From Zygnema circumcarinatum SAG 698-1b (Eukaryota > Plantae > Zygnematophyceae): a DNA stretch of 64,000 nt. This document shows positions 1-11,419 of the stretch, piece by piece. The translations under genes were made by a program, and so were the position numbers. The stretch spans positions 945,873 to 1,009,872 of the forward strand of contig CM074816.1 of the NCBI GenBank assembly GCA_037447605.1. Reading direction: 5' to 3'. Numbering within the stretch: position 1 is the first letter of the stretch; each line of letters opens with the position of its first letter. The notes beneath the pieces are model-generated. The model was not told the origin of the DNA and ran no database searches. It saw only the letters and a list, made by a program, of their open reading frames with translations.

Positions 1-1489
1 TGAGTGCGCGACAACCCACCAGCGAGATGCCCAGGCCTTGTTAGAAAGGGCGGAGCAAATTCAGAAGGAGTCAAGGGAGGGCGAGCCAGACATGCAAGCC
101 ACATTCATGACAGCACAGATCCACGACAAGATCGGCTCTACCAGCAGTTCCTGAAGACACAGAATCAGCAGTTGTCTGATCCCTATGCTACATCTTCTAG
201 GAACAAGCCGTCTTTCTCCGGCATCCCTGCTCAAGACGTCCGGTCAGCCCCTGTGGTGCAGCCTCTGGCTATAGCCAGCACGACCAAGCCCCTTCCCCTT
301 TCCCCATACCCTCATGATCCTGCACATCCCATTGAGCCGTCGGTGAATCCTCACATCCCAGATGTTTCTCCAGGATCTCAAGCCTCCTATCCTGGCAGCC
401 CCGAAGGAGAGAAGCTGCAGGCCAATGGCCGTGGGATGGCAGAGGCAGGAGCTCCAAGAGGGCGTCTCTCTAGCCTTGACCTCAAATCGTGATCCGCAGA
501 TTCCCATTTCCAACCATGATCCTGCACCTTCTCAGATCCCAAACGTGAGTCTCCGTGTATGCCTAGAGAACTGAGTGAGAAGGCCGGGAAGGGGAGATAC
601 AGCGCGGGAGCTTCAGGCTCCAGGGGTCACTTCATGGATATGCTCCCGGCTACTCCCACACCGCCGAGAACTCCAGCTCCCTTTCGCCCGCCTCCACCTC
701 CTTCACCCGCTTACACCATCCTGCAACGTCCGCCTATCCACCTGCACCCCATGGACTCCCCTTCCCTGACAAACGTATTGGGTGCTGAGCCCGATCCTGC
801 TGCCCGCTCACGCACTGCCCAGATTGCCGCGGCATTACAACCGGCTTGGTCCGAATCCCCCATCACTTCTGAAGAGGGTGCTCAAGCCCGGATCGCCGAG
901 ATTGCAAATGCCTTGCGCAGGCTCCCTGTCAACCAAAGTGATCCTCATTCACATCCCCTGCCATTCCTCCCTGCCGATGTCAACGGCGCCAGCTCCTCTG
1001 GCACGGCTCCACCGGTCGCCACCCCTGTCCGGAGAACTTCAGTCCTCCCTCCTTCCACGGGTCATCCATTGGGATCCACGCCTGAGGAGGAAACTGACGA
1101 TCTCAATGAGGAGGAGCCGACAGCGGCGCAGCCAGAGCCGAGAGCACCAGCGACAGAAGAGATGCACGTCAACCCTCCCCATCGCCCTCGGGCAGCCCGT
1201 TTCTACCCCCAAGCAGCCGATCGTCGACCACCCCCCCCGACAGACGGCCTATCCCTGATTGAACGCATGGTTCATCAGCTCATGGGAGACAAGGCTTGAG
1301 TCGGCATTACCTGTGCGCGGTTGATGCAGCTGAGTCCTCTCAGGATTCTGCGCGATGGCGCTGGCGCGTCAGAGGGCCACCTGCGGCCTCTGCGCGGTTC
1401 CCATGGCACCTCTGCCGGACATGCTGGCGGCCGGATGTCACCGCGTGGCTAACGCCTCCGCCCTCGCCGCTCCCCTCGCCATGCCTCCT

Positions 1490-1770
1490 CGCCAGATTCA
1501 GATCCTCCCTCTCATCCCAACGCCCAACGTGCGGATCATTGTCAATGTATGGCTCAACGGTCATCCCAGCAAAGCCATGATCGACACGGGGGCTATGCGC
1601 ACAGTTCTGTCCAAGCCTGTGATGAAGGCGGCAGGGGTTAAGTTGGACAAGACGCTTGAGCCCATCCCCCGATATGTGGGAGTTGAAGGGAGCTTACATG
1701 AAGGATTGGGAAGCGCCCAAGTGGTCATCAGTCTTGGCGAGATGGGAGCCACGTGGACTGCGTGGCGTCG
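1490..1770 (+). pseudogene. pol: Gypsy aspartic protease domain (frameshifted pol)
   Basis: ORF 1355-2008: VNVWLNGHPSKAMIDTGAMRTVLS with the D-T-G catalytic motif and a downstream VVISLG flap region. Confidence 0.9.
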
Positions 1771-2199
1771 CGCGGCATGTTTCTGTATCGGGCTACAATT
1801 GAGGCATTCCCGAATGGGAACACAGAGTCCGACTTTGCTGGTGTCCAGCTCCACTTCCTCTGCTGGCGGGACCAGGCTGCCCCTCCCCATCATGCTCAAT
1901 CCTCCGCTCCCCAGAACGCACGACCACAGCGCAGGTCTCCTACCCAGAGATCACCATGTACCATTCGGTCGGCAGCCCCCATTCTTCCTATGGATCGGCC
2001 AATTCTGATACCGATGACGAGACTCCCCCTCCTGCTCCTCCGAGTCCAGCTCTCTGGGCGCCGACGGAAGAACTTTTGCCGCCGGTGATAGCTAGACCCA
2101 GCTTTCCCCCCCACGAGACCATTCGTGATGAGAGTGGCAGGAAGTGAGAGGTCAAGCTGAATGAGGCCAGCAGTGCTTTTCAGACTGAACAGTATCACA

Positions 2200-3430
2200 A
2201 TCCGTCGAGATGCGCCAAAATCATCTGGATCATCAACATTAGCTCAACGTGGCAAGTCCACCTGATCACCACATCAAATGCCAGATCACTGCAATGGTAG
2301 TGACCCCTACCCGTTTTCCCGCTCGCAGGCCAATGTGAAGACGACAGATCAATGAGGAGGCAGTGAACCCAAGCTCCATGGAAGCCTGAAAAGGGCCTCA
2401 GCAGCGTCATGCCAAAGACCGGATGGCACACTCCCGCTCTATGACAACCGGAAACTGAATGCCATAACGATGGGATCCCTGCTACGTCCGGATGTGGACC
2501 TCATTCTCCACAGACCTCCCTGAGGACAGGTCATCGGCACTGGACATGGGAGTCCTCTCGAGCAGGGTCCCTGCTGCGGCGGGCCGAGTCGTGGGGCAGG
2601 CTGACAGCAGGCGCTCGCTGCAAGTGGGCGGTCCTCCCTTTGGGCTCGAGGTGCGGCCAGACTCACAGCGCCTGGCCAACCAGGTGTTCGGCCCCTGTCG
2701 TGCCTTCTGCGAACCTTACGTGGATGATGCTTCCCTCCACAGCAAGGACTGGTCCTCCCACCTGCAACACATTGACCAAGTCCTTCAACAGCTCATCAGT
2801 GCGCGTTTGAAGATTGCACCCAAGAAGTGCAAATGGGGCCATCAGGAGATCACTCATCTCGGGCACCGCCTCGGCATCAATGGCCTGAAACCATCACTCG
2901 ACAAGATTGAAGCGATTGACCTTATGCCGATTCCACAGAACCTCACTCAGCTCAAGTCTTTCTTGGGACTCACCTCCTCTATGGCCAATTAGTAAGGCTG
3001 TGCCCTTCTGGCGCCGTCCCCTACATGCCTTGGAGAGCACGGAGTCCACTACGAATCGAGCCGGACGGCAGGATGTGGCTGCAGGCACTCAGAGTGCCTC
3101 CTTCAGCTCCTGTCTGCATCAATTCGACCCCACCCTGCCCACCATTATTGACGCTGACTGGAGTCAGACAGGCTTCGGGGCAGTGGCCAGTCAAGCATTC
3201 TCGGATGGGGAACACCCAGTCAGTTATGCTAGCAGGGTTTGTTCAGAAACCGTGACCAAATACATCTGCATGAGGGTGAGGCCGGGTGTCCTGTGGGCAC
3301 TCGAAAGTTCAAGCTCTTCACGGCCTGCAGCCCGTATGGTCCGGGCTGACCACCTGCCCTCCACACCTGGCTCACATCATGGCTCTTACTCCATCCTTAA
3401 GTTGCAGCGATGGGTGTCGTGGAACTAGAG
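2200..3430 (+). pseudogene. pol: Gypsy reverse transcriptase and RNase H, multiply frameshifted
   Basis: DNRKLNAIT-like motif near 2445; PYVDD, HLQHIDQVL, KIAPKKCKWG..ITHLGH, LKSFLGL in ORF 2492-2992; IIDADWSQTGFGAVASQ...PVSYASR in ORF 2907-3428. Confidence 0.88.
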
Positions 3431-3437
3431 GGTATAA

Positions 3438-4109
3438 TGTACTTAAGGTCACTCATATTAGCGAGAACACTGCAGTCATGGGAGTGCTGCTGGGCGCGCT
3501 CCGTCCTCAGTTTCTCACCCCGCGCCACGCCGGTCCACCAGGCGTCGAGCAGTAGTCAGGAAGGGTGCTGGGACCGGCCAGTGCAGGGTGCAGCAGCGTG
3601 TCTAAAACATGTATGCTGGCCGTCGCCAATATGAGCCAAGGATTCACGGAATCCCGACCACATCTTACTTACAAATTTGCAAGCAACCATCGTCAAATTT
3701 ACATTTACGGGTTCCCGTCAGTACAGCGGATGTCCAGTCGATCCCCGCGCCACCACCGTAGATGAACATCCACCCAGCGTGCAGCAGCCACGCGCCGTCG
3801 CGGCGCGCGCACAGGATGCAGCACAATCATTCATGCGTTGTACACCTCTAGCCCATTCCCAGTCGGAGAGGGACACGTGGCAGTGTCCCGTGGGCAGTCA
3901 CTCTCAATCCTGCCTGCCTGGTAGGAGGTTCAACGGGGAAGCGTGGAGGGGCGAGGTGGCTCCGTAGCCCGTTCGCATTGGCCATGGTGCACACCATCCG
4001 GCTGCCACTGAAGCCCCATTGTCTGTCTGGATATCTATAAATATGAACTCTGTTTGTTAAGCACATTCAGTGATGACAGCCATGGAGAGGCAGTTTTTCA
4101 GCTGTTACA
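3438..4109 (+). mobile_element. Solo-LTR-like copy of family B inserted in the RNase H end of family A
   Basis: Shares blocks (caatcctgcc..., ggggaagcgt..., gcagttttcagc) with 6394-7181, 39620-40267 and 61870-62627. RNase H peptide KLQRWV stops before it and VHRGHSNA..SRLP resumes after it. Ends approximate, TSD not verified. Confidence 0.6.
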
Positions 4110-4699
4110 CCGCCGTCCACCGTGGTCACAGCAATGCTGAGCAGCCTCAATCTCGGCTCCCTCGGCTCCCCTCCTCTATCACGGAGGTACGCGTCCTGAA
4201 CCCATCCTCCCGCCCACCTCTTTGAACCCCAGGGCATCTTCCCCCATGAGATTTTCATTGCAGATCAAGACTTACATGATGTCATATTCGCGGATGGGCT
4301 GATCGATATTCCGGCCACGGCCACCACTCATCAAACGACACCGACTTGGCCCACAGCCACCCATGGGTCCGTGGGAACTCTCTTCAGTGGATGGGATGGC
4401 AAGCTCCCTTTCTTCCTCCCCATTTCCCCAGCGCCAATGACGTCCATTCAGACTCCTCCCTTCTGCGCTACGTCATGACCCGCACATTGCCCCCTTTTAT
4501 CACGGACACCGAGAGGGCTCGGCTGCTCCGCCGCTCTCGGAATTTCTCTGTTGATGATGAAGGACAGATTCTGTACCTCCCCTCTGGCCTTCCTGTTCCT
4601 TTTCCCCAGCGAGCGCATGAGAGCTCTGATGTGGCCAATGCAGGCCCAACGAGCCCCACCTTGGCCCAAAAGAAGATGGCTCCTCAGGAGACGCTGTTG

Positions 4700-5206
4700 T
4701 GGCCGGCTGGCGGGTGAGCCACTAGTCAAAATCTCCTGGTGCCAGCACGGGAGGCGCTCTTCCTTGCCAGGACAGCCTCTGGAGATGGGTGAGATCCCCA
4801 TACGAGGCGTCGCCGAAGATTGGAACATTGACACCTTTTCTATCCCCCAGCTCGGCACCCCCTCTGGCTACATTCGGGTCTTCCTAGCCGTGGACAGATA
4901 CACCAAGTGGGTGGAAGTTCATGCGACAGAATCTAAGCATTCCATCCACTCTGCTCGCCTCCTGACGGGCATCATTCACCGCCACTCTCTACCCTACTCT
5001 GTCCACTCTGACAATGGCACCGAATACAAGGGGGCATTTGCCAAGCTCATGCAGGACTTCCGCATCATTCACCACACCTCTAGCCCCTACTCCCCCTGGC
5101 AGAATGGGCTCGCGGAACGTACCATTCAGACGGTCAAAGACGCGTGCGTTCGCGGCTGCGCGGAGCTCGAGGCGGACTGGCGCGAAGTCATCCCCTCCCT
5201 GGTCTT
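4700..5206 (+). pseudogene. pol: Gypsy integrase core, cut by an LTR insertion at 5207
   Basis: ORF 4551-5228: WNIDTF...VFLAVDRYTKWVE...HSDNGTEYKG...SSPYSPWQNGLAERTIQTVK (D,D-35-E). Confidence 0.93.
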
Positions 5207-6393
5207 TGTTAGTGTTAGTGTGCTATAGTTAGACATTGTCCCGGTTCACACTGCAGCATTGTTGTGGTCCTGGGTTGGGAGCATAAAGTCTCCTAGTAGT
5301 GTTCCTAGAGCTCAGTCGGCCAAATCTCGGTGGCCCGGTCAGCTCACCGCACGGAGGGCTGTGCCAATGATGTTGGCGGAAGCCGCGTCAGACCCTTAGC
5401 TGGGGCCCCACGGGTGCTGACGGGTCAAGCTGAGGGAGCCAAGTGAGGCCACGCAGTCTGGCAGCGGAATGCGCGCGAGATTTCATCGCGGGCGCGCGGG
5501 CTGCTCATGCCGCGCGAAGCGACATGCGCGCGCGCGGGGCGCGCTGCGGGCGGCCGCGCAAAGCCTGCGCTCGAGCGCGACGAGCAGCTCGGGTGGGCGG
5601 CGAGGCTGCACGCGGGCGACCTGGGCTCAGTCAGTCCTCGCGTGCAGTTTCCGGGGCCGCCCTGCGATCTTAGGGAGCACGTACCCGGCTTCCTGAGACG
5701 CATAGAGCAGCCATGACATGACATTGGTCAACAAGGAAGTACAATGAGCACGGCCATGGCGGTATATAGGGTTTAGCTTGATTATGTAGGATAACCACAT
5801 TAGACTACTGTAGTCCCGTGACTTATTCTGTGCCTGCTCGTGTTGCTGGGCTGCCTTGCTTGTGTCGCAAGGTAGTGAGTAAGGGGAGAAGTAGCTAGTG
5901 AGAGGGGGAGAACTTCATGTGGGTGACATTCTTATTATAAAGGAGTTTTAGAGCCGTGAGCTTTCTCCTATACTCTCTCGTGTGTGATTTCCGCTGTGCT
6001 CGTCTCTGCGTTCATTCTGTGAGTTATGGGCTATGAATGAAGTGAAATAGAAAGAGAGAGAGAGAAGATGACATCATCGGTGAGAACCGGAGATCCAATG
6101 GAGGGCGACAAGCGAAGTGGCGCCGGGAGCAGCGAGCAGATCCAGGCTCCGACAAGTGGTAGAGCCAATGCGTGGCGGCGAGGACGCGTGAAGTTGATCA
6201 TGCCGCATTCGACGGTCGGCTGCAAGGGGTGGAGATGGCGGCTGGTTCCTTTGCTCGTTGGCAAGGGACTGTTGGGGTACGTCAACGGCACCATCAAGGC
6301 ACCGGTGCTACCGGAGGGAGCCACGGCGGAGCAGCAGTCGGAACACGAAGTGGCGCTCGCCAGATGGAGTGCCAAGGACAACAAAGCGCTCAC
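5207..6393 (+). mobile_element. gag: Copia-type element (family F): 5' LTR 5207-6154, PBS-like 6157-6166, gag N-terminal fragment
   Basis: LTR starts TGTTAG and ends ...GACA, followed by AG-TGGTAGAGCC (degenerate Met-i PBS). ORF 6068-6487 gives WRWRLVPLLVGKGLLGYVNGTIKAP (Copia gag N-terminus). The same LTR occurs inverted at 62628-63363. Confidence 0.8.
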
Positions 6394-8023
6394 TGTAGCG
6401 AAACGCTACAGTCACCCCAAGGGGGAAGGGTTACTTAGAGCCCGACGTGGCTTTATGTTTCCATCCAATGCAGTACCTAACGGTTAGGGCATCGGATACC
6501 CTATAGGACGACGGAGGTCCTAGGTTCGAACCGTAAGAACTGGTTCACCCGTGGGGCTGCCACATAATCTCTATGGGCCCCACGTCACCGGCCAAGGTCC
6601 CCTCCTCTCAGCGTAGAGGAGGATCACGGACTAACGGCACCACGGGACCAATCCGGTCTCGCGATCAAATCTGGGCACGGGCCCGGATCCCCCTTTCAAA
6701 CACCGTTCGTCCTGCAATGACGGCTCTCGTTCGGCTGGTGCGGACGGGATGTCCAGCCTGGGTCCGCGCGCGCGCGTAGTCTTGACGTGCTCGCCGTGCG
6801 GCGCGCCGTGGCGTGGCGCGCGCGCACAGATGGCATCGTGGTGCTGTGTTCTGGCTCATTCAAAGTGAGGGGACGCGTCTCTCCCCATGGGCAGCCCTGC
6901 TTCCAATCCTGCCATCCTGGTCAGAGACCAAGCGGGGAAGCGTAAAGGGCAGAGGTGCGGCTCTCATTCACCGAGGCCCATGATCCCATCATGAGCTCCT
7001 GCCACCCCGGGCTGCTCCAGCTCTGAAGCTCTCTCTCTCTCTCAAATCCCTGTCGATATGGAGCTGTGTTTGTGGGGTCCTGGTGTGTGTGATTGCGCAG
7101 CAGCTGGAGAGCGCGGTTCAGTGTGCATGATATGAGGAAGCGCGTTTGCGGCCTTCTCTGCTGGGAGAACCTGGTGGGTCATGGTGACCACTCACGAGCG
7201 GGAAGGGACCCGGGGCCCTCGAGCGGCCAGCTGCACCTGCGTCCCCGGGACGAGGAGTAGAGGAGGAGGAGTGGAGCTCCCGGCAGGTCCCTGTGGAGAA
7301 GGCCGAGTCCTGAGCCCAAGGTGATCAAGTCACCGCGAGGACCACGTCCCTTCCCCACCCCCAGCCGGAGCCCCGTGGCTTCCGGATCCAGCCTGGCTGG
7401 GCCCCCTGCCCCGTGATGGGCCCACATCGCGTGGGCGCGCCCAGAAGATGAGGACAGGATTGAGGAGTGTGGGGAAGAGCGTGAGGGACGTGGATGCGTT
7501 CGGCTGCCAAGGAAGGTGGACGACATGGAGCTCACGGTCCGCCGTCTGGTGGACACGCTCCAAATGGAGTTCCGGGGCCTTTCGGACAGGCTCCGGAGAA
7601 TCGAGGAAGGTATGCCCCGAACCCCCCCTCAGGCTGTAGAGGCAGTAGATGCAGCAGGTCCTGGGGAAGGGGTTAGGCAAACCACTCCGGTGGCGTCGTC
7701 TGTCCCGACGCCCCAACCGGCTGCCGGAAGCAGCCGGCAGAAGTCCGGACCCCCTGGTTTTTCCACGGGGGGAAGCCACTCCCATGGGGGTGGCGACCAC
7801 ACAGTGAGGACCAGGTGAGGGAGCTTACTGGGGCGGAGGGAGGTCCCGGTCCTCGGACTGCTCCAGGCGCTGCTGGGGTGGGCGGATCGGGCCAAGGTAG
7901 CCCCTCTTTCCTTTCAGGGGCGGACAGTCAGCGCGGGCTGGGTTGGGCGGTGGTTGGGTCGCGAAGGGTTACCTTTCTGCGGTACGATTCTCCCCTCCAG
8001 TGGGGTCACTATTGCCAAGGAGA
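6394..8023 (+). mobile_element. LTR retroelement family B (probably Gypsy): LTR 6394-7181, PBS-like TGGTGACCAC, leader and gag-like start, ends at gap
   Basis: Starts TGTAGCGAAACGCTACAGTCACCC, the reverse complement of 62604-62627. Peptide MELTVRRLVDTLQMEFRGLSDRLRRIEEGMPRTP recurs at 61402-61611 (-). Superfamily not provable because pol is absent. Confidence 0.75.
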
Positions 8024-8123
8024 NNNNNNNNNNNNNNNNNNNNNNNNNNNNNNNNNNNNNNNNNNNNNNNNNNNNNNNNNNNNNNNNNNNNNNNNNNNNN
8101 NNNNNNNNNNNNNNNNNNNNNNN
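8024..8123. other. Assembly gap (100 N). Other gaps: 30881-30890, 32173-32182, 37249-37258, 38083-38092, 41228-41237 (10 N each) and 60953-61052 (100 N)
   Basis: Runs of n in the sequence. Confidence 1.
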
Positions 8124-8215
8124 TCTCTGTCTCTCCCTCTCCCTCCTTCCTCTCCCTGGCCTTCTCCTCCCTCTCCCTCTCCCTCCCCTCTCCCTCTCCC
8201 TCTCCCTCCCCTCTC

Positions 8216-8246
<31 letters not shown>

Positions 8247-8403
8247 CCTCTCCCTTTCCTTCTCCTCCCTCTCCCTCCTTCCTCTCCCTGACCTTCTCCT
8301 CCTTCCTCTCCCTCTCCCTCCCCCCTCCTCTCTCCCTCTCCCTCTCCCTCTCCCTCTCCCTCTCCCTCTCCCTCTCCCTCTCCCTCCCTCTCCTCTCCCT
8401 CCC
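8124..8403. repeat. (CTCTCC)n pyrimidine microsatellite
   Basis: About 280 bp almost entirely C/T in hexamer units. Confidence 0.97.
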
Positions 8404-9377
8404 TGACTTGAGGCCCTTCCTAATTTGCGGTTCCTTGGCCGGGATTTGCGGCCAAACCACCAACGGCTTTCCGCCACGTGGCCAAATTGTTGCCAAAAAT
8501 TGCCAGCGCGGCCTTACCGGGGTCAACCAAGATCCATTAAATTCCGCTTTAAGTACCTCCACTTGCTTCCCCAATCAGCAACCGCCACGTAGACTCGTTG
8601 CTATGTGCCAGTTTGTCGCTAGTACTCAGCTTGATCTCACATGCCACAAAGAGTCGTACGGTACTCCAGTTGTAGCCTTCAGAGAATCCCGGTGATTGGT
8701 CTCTCGGACAGTCCCCCTTCCCCAGATACGCCCCAGACAGCTCACCCATCCAGACGAATACAATTGTCTGGATCCGTACACGTGGCGGCATCCTGATCGC
8801 CTATGCCGTCAAAAGCGGGCGTGGGTCCCACAGACATAATTGGTTTTTAGATACAGTTCCTTCAATTCATGCTATTGGTTCGTACAGTATATTCCAATTC
8901 ACCCGATTGGTTCGTACATTTCCTTCAATGGGTAAATTCACACTTTATTTGTCTAGATACAGACCTTTTTTCGCCGGGCAGATTTTTAGATAGACAAAAA
9001 AGGATTAAAAACGGAAAATGCTCTTTTCACAACTTTTTGGAATCGATACACACCTTCCGTCGGGCAGATTTTACCCCTGTTTGTTTTTTTGAGAGACAAA
9101 AATATGTTAGGGCCTGCCCGAATCCGCTCGGAGAGGAAGATCCGTCCGAGTCGCACGAGCGAGTGCGCAAATACCCTCGGCCCGAGATCTCCGCAAAATT
9201 ATGAGCTGGACCGGCCAGCCCGCGGCGGCTCGCCAATTGTCAACTGAAAACTAATCATCATCTGCCACGTGTTACAGTCTACTCACGTTATAGTGACATT
9301 GTTTATAAAAACAGCATGGATATACTGACGTTTTTCCGGGAACGGAATTGCACCACTGCAGATCCTGCGCCAGTAGT

Positions 9378-9962
9378 AGGGCGTGTCAGACTTAACAAAA
9401 TGTTACGAATATCGAGTTTTTAGTATTACGAGAATCGAGGTTACTAAGTACTAAAAATCATCGCGCCCCCGAACCTAAACCGAACCGAACGAAAGTCAAC
9501 TGTGCTAAGTCAACGGGTCAACGTTGCGAAGATTGACCCGTGGGGTTTACTGAAATTGCATTTCTTCGCACGATTTTGTTCGCACCCAAAAGAGGCGCCG
9601 AAATGGACGTGCGAAGAAAATACTGGCGAAAATCGCGTCAACGTGACGTCATGGTTGTTTTCCCGGCTTCCCGCCCGCGCCCGCGCCCGCGCCCGCCCGT
9701 GACGCGCAACACGACACACCGACAAGCGGTCTCCGCGCGCCGCGCCGGCGCTGGTTCTAAGTTTGAGGGCCCCGCGCGAGGGCGAAGTTGCGAAGACGGC
9801 GTTTGGAGAAGTGCGAAGACGGAGATCGCGGAGTGCGGACAGGACCGCGCCGCCGCCGCGAAAAACTACGCTCGGGAATTTTAGTTTTACTGACGTTGAC
9901 TCGAAATGTTACGAATATCGAGTTTTCAGTATTACGAGAATTTTTTAAGTCTGACACGCCCT
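9378..9962. mobile_element. MITE with 18-bp perfect TIR, 3-bp TSD AGT
   Basis: agt|AGGGCGTGTCAGACTTAA ... TTAAGTCTGACACGCCCT|agt. Confidence 0.88.
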
Positions 9963-10240
9963 AGTGACGCCATTACGGATATATTGACATTTGAAAAAGC
10001 CCTAATTTTTATTATATATTCAAAATGCCGATATTATCCACCCATGTATTGGAATATGCGTTACAAATATATTACGACCGTACACATTATCGACAAATAC
10101 CGTCAGATATCGACTTGACCGTACATGACAACTTGTCCGTACACATGCTCACTAGGGTTCGTACACACCTACCCACGTGACGACTGCCCAAAAATTACAA
10201 TGTACGGTATCAAAGGCGTACGGATATACCGCTAAAACAT

Positions 10241-11186
10241 GGGTAGTGATATTTCCACCCCTTTTTTGGATCCAAACACCCCTTCCCGGCCGGGCAGATT
10301 TCAAAAGGGATTAAAAACGGAAAATGCTTTTTTCACACCTTTTTGGAATCGATACCCACCTTCTTCCGTCAGCTGATTTTGTTTTTGCTAACCAAGGAAA
10401 ATGATACCCCGTCACCGCATTTTGAATACTGTATCCCGCCTCCCTGAATTTTTTTTTGAGGGAAATAAATATCTGCTTGCCCGAATCCGCTCGGAGCGGA
10501 AGATCCGTCCGCCACGAGATCGTTCGCGGGTGTCCGTCCTTCACACGTGCGTGTCAATCGCATCTGTCGATTTCCCTTGCAGATCGCACCACTGCAGATC
10601 GAACGTTTGATCTGCAGCCGGGCTCGATCTTAGCGAATGGAAAGCGCCCACGAGTCCCGCCAAAGCCGGATCGCACTTGCGAGTGCGCGCGAGACCGCGG
10701 CCCGAGATCTCGTGCATTGTCAGTTCTCAGCCAATCAACATCTGCCACGTGTTAAGTTTTTGACGTGGAAAACTTTGATTGGTCCAAGCTCTCAATGTAC
10801 GAAATATTGGGTTCCTCAAAGTTGCGACCCTACGACATTTGTACGGACAAACATGTGAGACGAGTTTGGCGGGATACGTGGGCACGTGCCATTCGCTGTG
10901 ACCGAGCCCGGCTGCAGAGCAAATAGTGATCTGCCGTGTTGCGATCTGCGAGGGAATCGACGGCTGCGATTGACCGCAAGCGTAAAAAAATTCAGGTAGG
11001 CGGGATATTCAAAATGGGGTGACGGGTTATTTCCTTGTTTCGCAAAAACAAACTCTGCCGATGGAGGGTGGGTATCGATTCCAAAAAGGCGTGAAAAAAG
11101 CATTTTCCATTTTTAATCCTTTTTGAAATCTGCCCGGCCGGGAAGGGGTGTTTGGATCCAAAAAAGGGGTGGAAATATCACTACCC
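10241..11186. mobile_element. Foldback-1 element with long TIRs and an 8-9 bp TSD (Mutator-like)
   Basis: Starts GGGTAGTGATATTTCCACCCC and ends GGGGTGGAAATATCACTACCC. Flanked by (c)taaaacat on both sides. Arms stay complementary towards a centre near 10750. Confidence 0.9.
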
Positions 11187-11219
11187 TAAAACATATGTGA
11201 TAACATTGTTACCATAAAT

Positions 11220-11419
11220 AGGGGGAGTCAGACCTTGACCATCGCTTACGAAATTCCCGAATTCCTCCTACTAAAGGTCAAAGTTTCGTGTACGAATTCC
11301 GGGTCGGAATCCGCGGCTCCGCCGTATACAGTCGTACCGAAATGTGTACCTAGCCAATCTCAATTCGCCCGACAGGCTTACGAAATTGATTTGACGATGG
11401 TCAAGGTCTGACTCCCCCT
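11220..11419. mobile_element. 200-bp MITE, 25-bp perfect TIR, TSD AAT
   Basis: aat|AGGGGGAGTCAGACCTTGACCATCG ... CGATGGTCAAGGTCTGACTCCCCCT|aat. Confidence 0.92.

Larger units (their letters stand above)
1..5206 (+). mobile_element. Degenerate Ty3/Gypsy LTR retrotransposon (family A, copy 1), truncated at both ends
   Basis: Domain order capsid end - Pro-rich region - aspartic protease - RT - RNase H - integrase (Gypsy order). Shares long near-identical peptides with the minus-strand copy at 48207-52186 (e.g. TDPRQDRLYQQFLKTQNQQL, RQIQILPLIPTPNVRIIVNVWLNGH). Confidence 0.92.

Noticed and set aside
1200-3500. Frameshifts in retroelement gag/pol as programmed ribosomal frameshifts
   Set aside because: Too many, and at different positions in the two family A copies; decay or sequencing error is sufficient.
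7815-8695. Long ORFs of 150-250 aa rich in L/S/P or E/R/G
   Set aside because: They read through a 100-N gap and a CT microsatellite; low-complexity artefacts.
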